Made by a program: the position numbers and the translations under genes
Part shown: positions 39,891 to 50,148 of the stretch, piece after piece
How positions within the stretch are numbered: position 1 is the first letter of the stretch
Layout: each line of letters starts with the position of its first letter
Notes under the pieces: model-generated
The model's input: the letters and a program-made list of their open reading frames with translations, nothing else
Told to the model about the DNA's origin: nothing
The model's database searches: none
Origin: Sulfolobales archaeon
GTDB taxonomy: Archaea; Thermoproteota; Thermoprotei_A; Sulfolobales; NBVN01
Reading direction: 5' to 3'
Assembly: GCA_038844925.1 (NCBI GenBank)
Contig: JAWBQY010000004.1
Coordinates: 7,425 to 71,424 of the forward strand
Length of the DNA: 64,000 nt

Positions 39891-40158
39891 TATAATTATT
39901 AAACACGAGATCTTATTAATATTTCCAAAATAGTGAGTTAAAGAATATCAGATAATTTAAATAAAATTGTATTAGGAAGTACGTACGGGGTAGTCCTAAT
40001 GGACAAAATGGAATTAAAGTTAAAACTGCTTACATCACCTATACTTCCTATAGCTGTGAAAATAGTGATAATAGGTTTAATTGCTGCAAAAATCCTCCCA
40101 TTAAGAGGGGACCGTGTCAACGACGACTCCTTCTAACTGGTTCTAAATAGTAATATTT

Positions 40159-40581
40159 TTATAAGCTAAATTTATATCCTAAGAGTTTATTCTGAACTTC
40201 TAACCTTAAGTAGTAGTCGCCGTTAGTAAGTTCTTCGTTCAGCTTTAGATAAATCGTTAGTATGTTTAGATTTAAATTCTTATTATATATCACATCATTA
40301 ATTACGAGTTTACATGGTGGTTCGACATTACTTCTACTTCTATACAGTGATATGTTAAGATGTCCGTAATTGCCTTCAGTCAGTCTGAGGTTGAGGATTA
40401 GTTCATTTTTCTCTGGGTCATACATTACTGCCTCTAACCTTATCGTACCTTGACTTACAGTATAGGTTTGTTCTCCAGCAGCTGTTATTAATGACCATGT
40501 AATTACTGACGTAGTGATCATTACTATAAGTAATGCTAGGCTAGCTGTTATCTTAGTTAGTCCTCTACTTAATAGTCTCAT
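40159..40581 (-). CDS. Secreted or pilin-like protein with class III-like signal peptide
   Basis: MRLLSRG|LTKITASLALLIVMI hydrophobic helix, then beta-rich domain. Confidence 0.55.
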   Translation of the reverse strand: MRLLSRGLTKITASLALLIVMITTSVITWSLITAAGEQTYTVSQGTIRLEAVMYDPEKNELILNLRLTEGNYGHLNISLYRSRSNVEPPCKLVINDVIYNKNLNLNILTIYLKLNEELTNGDYYLRLEVQNKLLGYKFSL

Positions 40582-40673
40582 GTGCTATCCAATTTAAGAT
40601 ATGTGAGGGAGGTCTTAATCCGTCTTGTAATTAGATATGAGGTGTTAAAACAGTAAAGTTTATAAAGGGTTTA

Positions 40674-41432
40674 TTATCTGTACTTCTTTGCCGTCATTAT
40701 TAGTTCCTCAGCTCTTGCTAAGTCGTCTTCAATTATGTTCCCAGTGACTATGATGTGTGCTCCAGCATCAGCTAATTTGATAATATCTTCTGGTTTTCTT
40801 ATACCTCCGCCTATTATTATGTAGGCTTTTTCAGTGTTTGAACTTACGTGTTTAATGTATTGAGGGGTTATTGGTTGGGGGCTTCCGGAGCCGGCTTCCA
40901 GGTATATGTACTTCATGCCTAGGTACTCTGCCGCTAGCGCATATGCTACACCTATTTCAGGTTTTTCTATTGGTAGGGGTCTTGCCTTACCTATGAATCC
41001 TGCAGTTCCTCCATAGCCAATCACTATGTATGCTGTGGGTAGTGGTTCTAAACCGTACTTCTTAATTATGGGTGCGCCGATTACTTGAGCGCCTATGATG
41101 TAGTAGGGGTCGTCTGAGTTTAATAGGCTCATAAATAGTACTGCATCAGCAGTTCTTGAGAGTCCGTTAACGTTTCCGGGAAAGAGGATTACAGGTCTGT
41201 CAAGCTCTTCGAGGACTGCTACTACAGAGTCTACATCTGACTCTGAAACCCCTATACTACCACCTACTAGGAATGCGTCAGTACCAGCAGATACTAATCT
41301 CTTAGCTATTCCTGATAGCGTCTTCAGGTCGTAGACCTTGGCTGGGTCTATTAGGGATAGGTGTACTAACTCATCCTTCTTTATCTTACTCTCTATGTAT
41401 TCGTTTACCTTACCCCTCCACCTCATCCTCAC
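40674..41432 (-). CDS. Geranylgeranylglyceryl phosphate synthase
   Basis: LIDP, GTDAFLVGGS, LFPGN, YLEAGSG, GGGIR. Confidence 0.93.
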   Translation of the reverse strand: MRMRWRGKVNEYIESKIKKDELVHLSLIDPAKVYDLKTLSGIAKRLVSAGTDAFLVGGSIGVSESDVDSVVAVLEELDRPVILFPGNVNGLSRTADAVLFMSLLNSDDPYYIIGAQVIGAPIIKKYGLEPLPTAYIVIGYGGTAGFIGKARPLPIEKPEIGVAYALAAEYLGMKYIYLEAGSGSPQPITPQYIKHVSSNTEKAYIIIGGGIRKPEDIIKLADAGAHIIVTGNIIEDDLARAEELIMTAKKYR

Positions 41433-41715
41433 TCACACCCTTACTGTACACTACTTCTATACTACCCTCAGTGAATTTATCAAGAAATTTCGCATAGACA
41501 TCTACCTCTTGGTAAATTCTAGGTATGTTTTTCAGGATTGCTCTAAGACCGCATTTCTGATTACTACATGTTATAGTAGCGTTACCTCCCTCCCGATCGA
41601 TATTGACTGTTAACGTCATTAAGCCGCATGTAGGGCATTGAAACCTAGTTGGAGGTTTTCTTAAAATCGGCGCTACCTTCTTATACCTCTTCCTACTTCT
41701 TCTCCCCATTAACAC
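41410..41715 (-). CDS. elf1: Transcription elongation factor Elf1
   Basis: MGRR...FQCPTC...C....C...EVDVY.KF.D. Confidence 0.85.
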   Translation of the reverse strand: MLMGRRSRKRYKKVAPILRKPPTRFQCPTCGLMTLTVNIDREGGNATITCSNQKCGLRAILKNIPRIYQEVDVYAKFLDKFTEGSIEVVYSKGVSEDEVEG

Positions 41716-41753
41716 ACCGTAATACTGGTGTTTTAAAGCTTATATAACTGTTT

Positions 41754-42137
41754 TTACTGCATCATTAGTTTTCTTAAGGTATTACTCCTACCTACGTATA
41801 AGACCTCTATAATCACATCCCTAAGTAATTCATCATTAATTCTTAACTCTCTGAACATCCCCCTAACCTCAGCGATGTATTGAGTTATTAGGTGGTAGCA
41901 GTATTTCTTAGAGCCCCTCATAATAACGTTTAATTCAAAGTCCATACAGCTGCAGTACACCTTAGGGATTATTAAGTAGTCCCTCTCCCTACTACTGAAG
42001 ATCCAGAAGTAGGTCTCACCGCAGGTTAGTCTTAAAACCCTCCTCTCATGGAGGGACTCCCAAACCCTATCACTCAGACTGCTTAGATTGGTAGAGGATT
42101 GTAAGGACTCCTTAACTATCTTATAATTTACAGTCAT
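41754..42137 (-). CDS. SWIM zinc-finger protein
   Basis: YCSCMDF...CYH. Confidence 0.8.
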   Translation of the reverse strand: MTVNYKIVKESLQSSTNLSSLSDRVWESLHERRVLRLTCGETYFWIFSSRERDYLIIPKVYCSCMDFELNVIMRGSKKYCYHLITQYIAEVRGMFRELRINDELLRDVIIEVLYVGRSNTLRKLMMQ

Positions 42138-43681
42138 TCAATAACCTTAACCTCTATTTCAACACCGTATTCATGTTCTAACTTCTTCAACTTCTTAGCA
42201 ACTTTCCTCAGATGCTTTAACTCATCCTTAGGTACGTATACAGTTATTAATTTACCGTTAACCTTAACCTCAGCCGACGGTAGGTCCTTCATTATAACGT
42301 TCTTCAACCTACGTTCAATATTAGTCCTCACTAACCCCTTAATAGGTACTACTACTGTTTGCTCGCCGAATGTGTAGATCTCATACTCCAACTCATCTGT
42401 TAGGAAGTCCCTTACCTCAACGACTGGACGTGCTAGATCGACTTCTTTAAGGCCTGTAGGTAGTTTAACCGTCATACCTACTACGTAGACCTTACTGACC
42501 TCACCCTTATCTATGAATACTACAGTATCTATTATGCTGGGTATCATGCCTAAGTCAACCCTCCTAATAAACCTCTGCAAGGCGTCTATAGGTGTTGTCG
42601 CATGGACTACTCCAATCATTCCAATACCGGCAAGACGTAAATCTACGTATAGTTTAAAATCATCATCAGTTCTCATCTCATCAAATACTGTGTAGTCAGG
42701 CCTACTAAGCAGTAATACGTCATGCAACTCGTCAGGTGATGCGTAAACTTTAGAATACTGCGTTACCTGCGGCGGTAGCCTCATATCCCTAGGAGATTCT
42801 ATAGTCTTTACCACCTTCCTACCCCTCAAGTAGTACTCAGCTAATGCCTGAGCGAAGGTTGTCTTACCCATACCAGGCGCACCTGCTATGAGTATCCCCT
42901 CAGCCCTCTCCTCAAATCTCCTTAACAACTTTTCAGGCAGGTTGTAATCCTCAAGTTTAGGCCTTGCTAAAGGTTTAACTGCGGTAATCTCCCAACCACT
43001 ACTCATTGGCGGTCTGGTTATGATGACCCTGTAATCACCTAGTTGGACTATCGTCGACCCCAACCTATCAATCTCGATAATACCGTTTGGGGTATTCCTA
43101 GCAAGCTCCATAACCTCATTAGCAATTAGCTCTATATCATCCCTGGTTAGCGGGTTTGAATCCAACTCAACTAAGTACCAATTCCCAGGCCTTCCCTTCT
43201 TAGCCAGCGGTCGAACACCCTCCTTAAGATGTACGCTCATAGTATCCTTATCAAAGTATTTATCTAGAACTAAACTCATACCATATGATGAGGCTATATA
43301 GTATGCCTTAATCCCTAATACATCAGCAGCAAGTGCTTGAACCTTACTTGAGGTTATTAAAGTACCACCTAAATCATATGTAAATTCCAGTATCGCAGTA
43401 TCAACATTATCGAACTTTTTATTAATTGCTAAGTAATCAATGTTAATCTCCCGCTTACTACTTAAAGCTCTAATCATACGTAGCTCTTCAAGCCCTATAA
43501 AACCGAGGCTCCTACCCTCATTAGCCAAACTCTCAAAGTACTCGATGAGTTCACGGCAGATTACTAACCTACCTGATAACTTCCCATCACTTACTAACCT
43601 ACGTAAGACACCGTTAATAATTACTGTAGAGTCAGGTACGTAGACATCCTCCCCAACGACTTTAACATTACTCATCTCCAC
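42134..43681 (-). CDS. PIN-domain ATPase (PINA/VirB11-like) with KH-like C-terminus
   Basis: VPDSTVII PIN domain, GAPGMGKT, RPDYTVFDEMR, GVVHA. Confidence 0.9.
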   Translation of the reverse strand: MEMSNVKVVGEDVYVPDSTVIINGVLRRLVSDGKLSGRLVICRELIEYFESLANEGRSLGFIGLEELRMIRALSSKREINIDYLAINKKFDNVDTAILEFTYDLGGTLITSSKVQALAADVLGIKAYYIASSYGMSLVLDKYFDKDTMSVHLKEGVRPLAKKGRPGNWYLVELDSNPLTRDDIELIANEVMELARNTPNGIIEIDRLGSTIVQLGDYRVIITRPPMSSGWEITAVKPLARPKLEDYNLPEKLLRRFEERAEGILIAGAPGMGKTTFAQALAEYYLRGRKVVKTIESPRDMRLPPQVTQYSKVYASPDELHDVLLLSRPDYTVFDEMRTDDDFKLYVDLRLAGIGMIGVVHATTPIDALQRFIRRVDLGMIPSIIDTVVFIDKGEVSKVYVVGMTVKLPTGLKEVDLARPVVEVRDFLTDELEYEIYTFGEQTVVVPIKGLVRTNIERRLKNVIMKDLPSAEVKVNGKLITVYVPKDELKHLRKVAKKLKKLEHEYGVEIEVKVIE

Positions 43682-44073
43682 ATCACTACCTACACTAACC
43701 TAACGACGCATATATAGTTTAAATTTCTTCGTAAGAATTCACACATTAAATAACTCCATCTAAATGTAGCTACTTATGTCTTCGATCTAGGTTATCTTGG
43801 TTTCTCTGGGTAAGGGCTCCTCCATCAACACTTAGTCACTCTTCCTGAGGTCGTTGATGACTGCGTTGATAGTTCTGTTAAGACCTCCTTAAGGGATGGA
43901 TGTATCCATCCCCGATGATTGCTGAGACTTCATTAAAGCTGGAGACCTACCTTCAAGCATTATTATATAACTAACTAGTCTATAAGCTTCCACAAAGAAA
44001 AACAGTCTAACCCCTTCTTAACTATTAAGATAAAAGTTTTAAGAACTGTACTTAAGTATGTAGTGTAGATTGC

Positions 44074-44169
44074 GGCCGCGGTAGCTCAGCCTGGAAGAGC
44101 GCGGGACTGTGGGCTCCTGAAGAGGTGGAGATCCCGAGGTCCCGGGTTCAAATCCCGGCCGCGGCCCCA
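44074..44169 (+). tRNA. tRNA-His(GUG) with encoded G-1 and 18-nt intron at 37/38 (44113-44130)
   Basis: Cloverleaf, anticodon GTG 44109-44111, C73 and CCA, BHB-forming intron. Confidence 0.94.
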
Positions 44170-44212
44170 CCTTAATAAAAGGTTTTTACCTCACCTTAAT
44201 GTTAAGCTATGG

Positions 44213-44416
44213 GTGATGCCTATGAGGTTGAGTAGGTATTTATTAGAAGCTCGGAAGCTAGGTTTCAACGTAATAGATGTTTATAGGTATAGAGAGAAGG
44301 AGGTTTTAAGAGGTATTTATAGGGGTAAGGTGGTCTTAGTAGAATTGCCGAGGTATAGGGATAGTATGGATTTAGAGACGTTTAAGAAGGAACTCCAGTC
44401 AAGGTTGCAAGCTTAA
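44213..44416 (+). CDS. Small hypothetical protein
   Basis: 67-aa ORF with normal composition and TATA-like sequence upstream. Confidence 0.65.
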   Translation: MMPMRLSRYLLEARKLGFNVIDVYRYREKEVLRGIYRGKVVLVELPRYRDSMDLETFKKELQSRLQA

Positions 44417-44474
44417 AGTATTACTATATGTAATTTAAGGTTTTTAATTTCTATTTAGTTAATTAGCTGGTGGT

Positions 44475-44951
44475 TTGATGGATGCGTTAACAGCTCTGGC
44501 ATCTTTCGGTGCGACCTTAGGCGTTGCTGGCGGTGTATTAGGGTCTACTGCAGGAATAAGTAAGGCAGCCCCTGCAGGTCTTTCCGTACTTGCTGAAGAG
44601 CCTGAGCAATTTAAGTATGTACTACTACTTTCAACACTACCTATGACTCAAACGTTCTACGGCTTCATATTCACGTTCTATACTTTAATGATCGTCCTCC
44701 CCACGATACAGTTAACACTGCTTAAGGCCCTAGCTATAACTGGGATTGGATTAATGGTATTTATAGCTGAGACATTTTCAGCGCTTTACCAAGGAGTTGT
44801 ATGTATGCAAGGTATTTTAGAGCTACCTAAAACTAAGGGTAAGATACTAACCTCAACGTTGATTTTAGCTGCATATGAAGAGTTGTTCGGTATTCTCGGA
44901 ATGGTATTCGGCTTAATATTAGTGTTAATGGTTTCAGGTCTCACGATTTAG
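44475..44951 (+). CDS. atpK: A/V-ATPase subunit K (c), duplicated 4-TM form
   Basis: LPMTQTFYG and YEELFGILG hairpins; first gene of the operon. Confidence 0.88.
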   Translation: MMDALTALASFGATLGVAGGVLGSTAGISKAAPAGLSVLAEEPEQFKYVLLLSTLPMTQTFYGFIFTFYTLMIVLPTIQLTLLKALAITGIGLMVFIAETFSALYQGVVCMQGILELPKTKGKILTSTLILAAYEELFGILGMVFGLILVLMVSGLTI

Positions 44952-44955
44952 GGGT

Positions 44956-45570
44956 TTGATGATGGGTATTGACGCCTTAAGAGAGGGCATACTGTCTAAG
45001 GCTAGGGAAAAAGCTAATGAGATAGTGAGGAACGCCGAGCTTAGGGCAAAGGAACTACTAGCTAGTGCTTCAAGAGAGTATGAGGAAAAAGTGAGGGAGG
45101 AGGTCGAAAGGCGGTATAAAGCGTTAAGAAGCGATTATGAGAAGGCATATAGTGATGAAGTCTTTAAATTAAATATGGAGTTACTAGCTTTGAAGAATGA
45201 GATATTAAACGATGTAAGGAGGGCTGTGATTGAGAGATTAAAAAACGTAGACAGAGGGGTGAGGAGGCAATCCTTAAAGAACCTACTTAAGGAGTCACTA
45301 AGTTATGAAGCCTTCAAAGAATTTGAAAAGCTAGTTGTACATGTTACTAGTACTGACTTAGAGCTAATTAAGGAGATATTAGTTGAGGAGGGTTTAGAGA
45401 AGGTAGTTGAGGTTAAGGCATTAGATGATAAGTATCTCGGGGGCCTCATCGTTGAGAGCTACGACGGTAGCGTATCAGTAGATAATACATACCTAACGAG
45501 GGTTGAGAGAGGTTTAAACATAATCGTAGGTAAACTGCATAGGACTGTCTTTAAGGAGGTACGTACTTGA
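44956..45570 (+). CDS. atpE: A/V-ATPase subunit E
   Basis: Coiled-coil N-terminus, LGGLIVES.DG.V.VDNTY. Confidence 0.88.
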   Translation: MMMGIDALREGILSKAREKANEIVRNAELRAKELLASASREYEEKVREEVERRYKALRSDYEKAYSDEVFKLNMELLALKNEILNDVRRAVIERLKNVDRGVRRQSLKNLLKESLSYEAFKEFEKLVVHVTSTDLELIKEILVEEGLEKVVEVKALDDKYLGGLIVESYDGSVSVDNTYLTRVERGLNIIVGKLHRTVFKEVRT

Positions 45571-46538
45571 GGGTAGGTGATTTCTCAGCCCTATGTGAAT
45601 TAAAGTTAAGATGTCTTAAAGTACTAGGCATTGGAGATATTAGGAAGGTCATTGAGTCAGAATTAACTGAGTTAAACGATGTTTTAACAATTGTCAATGA
45701 TTATGACGTAGTCAAATGTGCGTATAGGAACATCAAGTTAGAGAAGGGGTTAGATATCGAGTTAATATTTAACGAATTAAGTAGGTGTTGGATTAGTGAA
45801 TTATTAGGCATTCTTGACAGAGCTTCAGCAGAATTAGTAGAATTTGTTAAGACATACTTAACTAAGTATGCGATATCAGCACTAATTAGAAGTATTAAAT
45901 ACCTGCAAGTAGGTGGTGTTGTAAGACCTAAACACGTATTTAAATGTTTAGATGAGGGGTTATTAAGCTCTAGTAGTGTTGAGGACGTAATTAATGTGGT
46001 AAGATGTTGTAGAGATTTTAATAATTCATTAATAACTGAGGTATTATACCGCTATGTTAATTCGAAGTTAGAGGATGTAGATGTAGACTCGTTGGAAGGA
46101 GAACTTAATAAGTACTATTGGGACTACTTAATCTTAGTAGCTAGTAGGTTGAAGGACTCTATAAACCTGCAGTACGTGTTACGTATTTTAAAAGGCTTCC
46201 ACGAATTTGACGTTATGCTTAAGCGTAAGCTAGTCTTAGGGGAGGATATTAGTGAGCTGTCTAAGCGTTATGACTACGCCTCATACAAGCATGTAGTTAG
46301 GAAGTTAAGTATTGATTCTTATGACTATATGAGTAATGTGTTTAGATACCTACACATGGTCTCAATCCTTAAGTACAGCCCTTTAAGTTACGACATTGTA
46401 TTATGTTATATGTTGATGAAGGAGTGGGAGGCTTTAACCCTATCTTACATTATCTACTTGTTTACGAATGGTTTAGAACCTACATACGTTAAGAAGTCAT
46501 TGAAGGCATTGGTCGACGTATATGGTAGCTACTATTAA
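45567..46538 (+). CDS. atpC: A/V-ATPase subunit C (divergent)
   Basis: Size and position between E and F; LE.ELNKYYW. Confidence 0.7.
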   Translation: MRVGDFSALCELKLRCLKVLGIGDIRKVIESELTELNDVLTIVNDYDVVKCAYRNIKLEKGLDIELIFNELSRCWISELLGILDRASAELVEFVKTYLTKYAISALIRSIKYLQVGGVVRPKHVFKCLDEGLLSSSSVEDVINVVRCCRDFNNSLITEVLYRYVNSKLEDVDVDSLEGELNKYYWDYLILVASRLKDSINLQYVLRILKGFHEFDVMLKRKLVLGEDISELSKRYDYASYKHVVRKLSIDSYDYMSNVFRYLHMVSILKYSPLSYDIVLCYMLMKEWEALTLSYIIYLFTNGLEPTYVKKSLKALVDVYGSYY

Positions 46539-46869
46539 GAGGTTAGGTATAGCGGCTGTCGGTGACGAACTCTACATACGTAGTATTAGATTGTTAGGTG
46601 TGGCTAAGGCTTTGGTCGTAGATTTAAACGTAGATGTCACTGAGCTGAGGAAGGTTGTGAAGGATTTCTTAGAGACGCTACCTAATGAGGGTGTGGGGTT
46701 AGTTATAGTGCAGGACGTCCTCAGAGAAGTGGTGGGCGAAGTCTCCAGCACCTTAGAAGGGTTGAAGATACTATACCTACCGGACTTAAGGACTTCAGAG
46801 AAGTTTAAAGTTAAAGATTATTATCTTCAACTGCTTAGGCATTATATAGGTATATCGCTGGAGGTGTAG
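46522..46869 (+). CDS. atpF: A/V-ATPase subunit F
   Basis: IAAVGDE......LLGV, VGLVIV, LP, IGI. Confidence 0.85.
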   Translation: MVATIKRLGIAAVGDELYIRSIRLLGVAKALVVDLNVDVTELRKVVKDFLETLPNEGVGLVIVQDVLREVVGEVSSTLEGLKILYLPDLRTSEKFKVKDYYLQLLRHYIGISLEV

Positions 46870-46872
46870 TTA

Positions 46873-49800
46873 GTGGTTGTTGGTAGGGTTTGGAGGGTTT
46901 CAGGACCTTTAGTAGTTGCTGAGAATATGAGTGGTTCGATGATCTATGAAGTAGTGTACATAGGTGCTGAGTCATTGGTAGGTGAGATCATAGGTATTCA
47001 GGGTGATAAGGCATTCATACAGGTCTACGAGGATACTTCAGGCTTAAGTGTAGGCGACCCTGTAGAGGGTAGTGGGAAGTTACTCTCAGCTGAATTAGGT
47101 CCTGGACTCATAGGCAAGGTCTTCGACGGACTTCAGAGACCGCTGTCAGAGTTAGAAGTACTTATAGGTCCTTTTGTCAGGAGGGGTGTTAAACTACCAT
47201 CACTTCCTAGAAATGTTAAATGGTTTTTCAGGAGGGAGAGGGGGTTAGAGGTAGGTGCTAAAGTAGGTCCTAATGACATTTTAGGATATGTTGATGAAAC
47301 CCCACTAATAACGCATAAGATCATGGTCCCGCCCAACGTCTCAGGTTATTTGAAGGAGTTAGTAGCTGATGGTGATTACAGCGTTGATGAGGTTGTGGCT
47401 AGGGTTGAAAGGGGTGGTGAGGTCTTCAATATTAAAATGTTTCAGGAATGGCCTATTAGGAAGGCAAGACCGTACATTAAGAGGTTAGAGCCTACTGAGC
47501 TCTTAGTAACTGGTACGAGGGTCCTCGACGCCCTCTTCCCCATAGCAGTAGGAGGTAAGGCAGCAGTTCCAGGAGGGTTCGGTAGTGGTAAGTGCGTACT
47601 GCCTGGAACCCCTGTACTTCTAGCGGATTGGAGTTTGAAAAGTATTGATGAGATTTATAGGGAGGCTAGAGGTAAGAAGTTAAGAATTAATGAGTATGAA
47701 GAAGTCGTAGAGTTAGACGAGCCCCTAGACGTTATAGGTTTTGATGGTGTGGAGTTAAGGGTGTTTAAAGCAACGCATATATACAGAGGGTTTACATCAT
47801 CGATCGTAGAGTTAAGGACATCCTCTGGGAGGGTGTTGAAGGTAACCCCAGAACATAAATTACCAGTCCTCGACCATTACGGTAATCTCACCTTTATAGA
47901 CGCTCAGAACGTGAGTCCAGGCACATACTTAGTAGTGCCTAGGTACGTCCCCGTAGCCAGCGAGTATGTTGGGATACCTCTGCAGTGGTTGTTATCAGAT
48001 CCTGAGGTATGTAGTAGGGATTACGAATATAATGAGAGGGTTAGAAATTTGTTGAAAGGTTTAAGTAGGGAGGAATTAGAAGCTTTAAGTAAGGCTTCTA
48101 ACATCGATTTAAAGACTATTAAGAACTTAATGAACTCACGTACTAAGGCTATACCTCTAAAGCTCGTGGAAGTCCTCATTAAAGCTTACCCTGACTTAGG
48201 GCTACCTAAAATTTTAGGTGTTAGAAGGGGTAAGCAGAAGTTAAGCATACCTGATAAGGTTGATGAAGACCTCGCAGAACTTCTCGGACTACTACTATCT
48301 AGTGGCTCTATCTCAGGTGATGATGTCATGTTCTACAGTAACGATATTAGAGTAGTGCAGAGATATATAAGCCTGGTTTCAAGGATTTTCAACCTCAGAT
48401 GTAGGGAGGAGACTTCTGGAAGAGCTTACCATGTTAAGATTCACTCACCACTACTTGTTAAGGTGTTTAAAGCGTTAGGAGCTTCATTTAATGAGGCCTT
48501 AAATGATTTAGAAGTCCCTGAGGTGATAATGAAATCTCCAGAGAGGGTTGTCTCAGCATTTATTAGAGGTCTTTACTTAGGATGCGGTTCCTTCGACGAA
48601 GGCCGTGTGAGGTTAGTAGTTAAGTCTCCTAAGCTATTGCGAGGCCTTGCATATTTAATGTTAAAGTTGGGGATAAAGTACTCTGCGGAGTTTAGAGACC
48701 AGGACGAACTTAACTACATATACATATGTGAACCGAATGAGTTGAGGAGGTTCTGCGTTAAGGTATTATTAGGTAGGGGCTCTGATGAGATAGTGCTAAA
48801 GACTGCAGGGTTCTCAGGTATGTCTGACCAAGAGCTTAGTGGTAGTGGTGTAGGTTATAACCTTCAAGCATTAGTACATGCTGATCGGGTAACTTACGGG
48901 TTAGTTAGTTATGATGTTAGTGCTAAACCGCTAACATTCTTAGAAGGGTTTGAAGACGTGGTTGATACGTCAACGTATGTGGCTTTAGATATGGTTAAAG
49001 ATGTTAGGGTCTTAAAATATGAGGGTGATGTCTACGACTTAGTAGTTGATAGTGTACATAATTTTGTCGGTGGGGATATTCCAGTAATATATCATAATAC
49101 TGTCCTGTTGCAGACGCTAACGAAGTGGAGTAGGACTAATGTGAACATATACGTTGGTTGTGGTGAGAGGGGTAATGAGATGGCTGACGCATTACATAGC
49201 TTTAGAAAGTTAGTTGACCCGGTCTCGGGGAGGCCGTTATATGAGAAGGCAGTATTCATAGCTAATACTTCGAATATGCCTGTAGCGGCTCGGGAGACGA
49301 GCGTCTTCTTAGGTGCTACATTAGGGGAGTACTTCAGAGATATGGGTTATGACGTTCTATTAGTTGCTGATTCGACGTCTAGGTGGGCTGAAGCAATGCG
49401 TGAAATAAGTGCTAGGATGGAGGAAATGCCGGGGGAGGAGGGCTTCCCAGCATACTTAGGCTCTAGGCTTGCTCAATTCTACGAGAGGTCTGGGCGGGTA
49501 GAATGTATTGGGAATCCGAAAAGGTATGGTTCCTTAACTATAGTGGGGGCTGTCTCACCTCCAGGAGCTGATTTTAGTGAACCGGTGACGCAGAATACGT
49601 TGAGGTATATAGGCACTCTAATAGCTTTAGATGTATCATTAGCTAATAGGAGGCATTTCCCATCGGTTAGCTGGTTATTAAGCTACTCTCTCTACGTTGA
49701 CAACGTTAGTACATGGTGGTCGAAGCTTAATAATGCTTGGAGTGAGTTGAGGAGGGAGTTCCTCAGACTACTTCAAAAGGAGGCTGAGTTAATGGAGATA

Positions 49801-50148
49801 GTACGTTTAGTTGGTCCTGACGCATTGCCTGAGGAAGATAAACTCGTACTTGAGGTCTCCAGGATGATTAGGGAGGACTTCCTACAGCAAAGTGCTTACC
49901 ATCCAGTAGATTCATACTCACCTCCTGAGAAAACGTTATTAATGATGGATATAATAGTTAGGTTCTATAAGAAAGCCTACGACGCCCTCCTACGGGGCGT
50001 GCCTTTAAGCAGTATTAAGGGATTACCTGTTAGAGCTAAAATTGCTAGGATGAAGGAAGAAGATCCTAAGGAGTTTAGTAAGTTCTACAGTGAAGTAGTT
50101 AATGAGATTGAAGAGTCTATAAGTAAATTGATTGAGGTGATTGGTTGA
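46873..50148 (+). CDS. atpA: A/V-ATPase subunit A containing an intein
   Basis: PGGFGSGK|intein|[22 protein letters not shown]; 1091-502 = 589 aa after splicing. Confidence 0.96.
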   Translation: MVVGRVWRVSGPLVVAENMSGSMIYEVVYIGAESLVGEIIGIQGDKAFIQVYEDTSGLSVGDPVEGSGKLLSAELGPGLIGKVFDGLQRPLSELEVLIGPFVRRGVKLPSLPRNVKWFFRRERGLEVGAKVGPNDILGYVDETPLITHKIMVPPNVSGYLKELVADGDYSVDEVVARVERGGEVFNIKMFQEWPIRKARPYIKRLEPTELLVTGTRVLDALFPIAVGGKAAVPGGFGSGKCVLPGTPVLLADWSLKSIDEIYREARGKKLRINEYEEVVELDEPLDVIGFDGVELRVFKATHIYRGFTSSIVELRTSSGRVLKVTPEHKLPVLDHYGNLTFIDAQNVSPGTYLVVPRYVPVASEYVGIPLQWLLSDPEVCSRDYEYNERVRNLLKGLSREELEALSKASNIDLKTIKNLMNSRTKAIPLKLVEVLIKAYPDLGLPKILGVRRGKQKLSIPDKVDEDLAELLGLLLSSGSISGDDVMFYSNDIRVVQRYISLVSRIFNLRCREETSGRAYHVKIHSPLLVKVFKALGASFNEALNDLEVPEVIMKSPERVVSAFIRGLYLGCGSFDEGRVRLVVKSPKLLRGLAYLMLKLGIKYSAEFRDQDELNYIYICEPNELRRFCVKVLLGRGSDEIVLKTAGFSGMSDQELSGSGVGYNLQALVHADRVTYGLVSYDVSAKPLTFLEGFEDVVDTSTYVALDMVKDVRVLKYEGDVYDLVVDSVHNFVGGDIPVIYHNTVLLQTLTKWSRTNVNIYVGCGERGNEMADALHSFRKLVDPVSGRPLYEKAVFIANTSNMPVAARETSVFLGATLGEYFRDMGYDVLLVADSTSRWAEAMREISARMEEMPGEEGFPAYLGSRLAQFYERSGRVECIGNPKRYGSLTIVGAVSPPGADFSEPVTQNTLRYIGTLIALDVSLANRRHFPSVSWLLSYSLYVDNVSTWWSKLNNAWSELRREFLRLLQKEAELMEIVRLVGPDALPEEDKLVLEVSRMIREDFLQQSAYHPVDSYSPPEKTLLMMDIIVRFYKKAYDALLRGVPLSSIKGLPVRAKIARMKEEDPKEFSKFYSEVVNEIEESISKLIEVIG
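47593..49098 (+). mobile_element. Intein (502 aa) with degenerate LAGLIDADG endonuclease
   Basis: C1 (CVLPGT), block B VTPEH, block F VYDLVV..HNF, terminal HN then T+1, inside the P-loop. Confidence 0.95.

Noticed and set aside
39938..40120. 60-aa minus-strand ORF with GGAG before TTG
   Set aside because: No recognisable motif; cannot be told from chance
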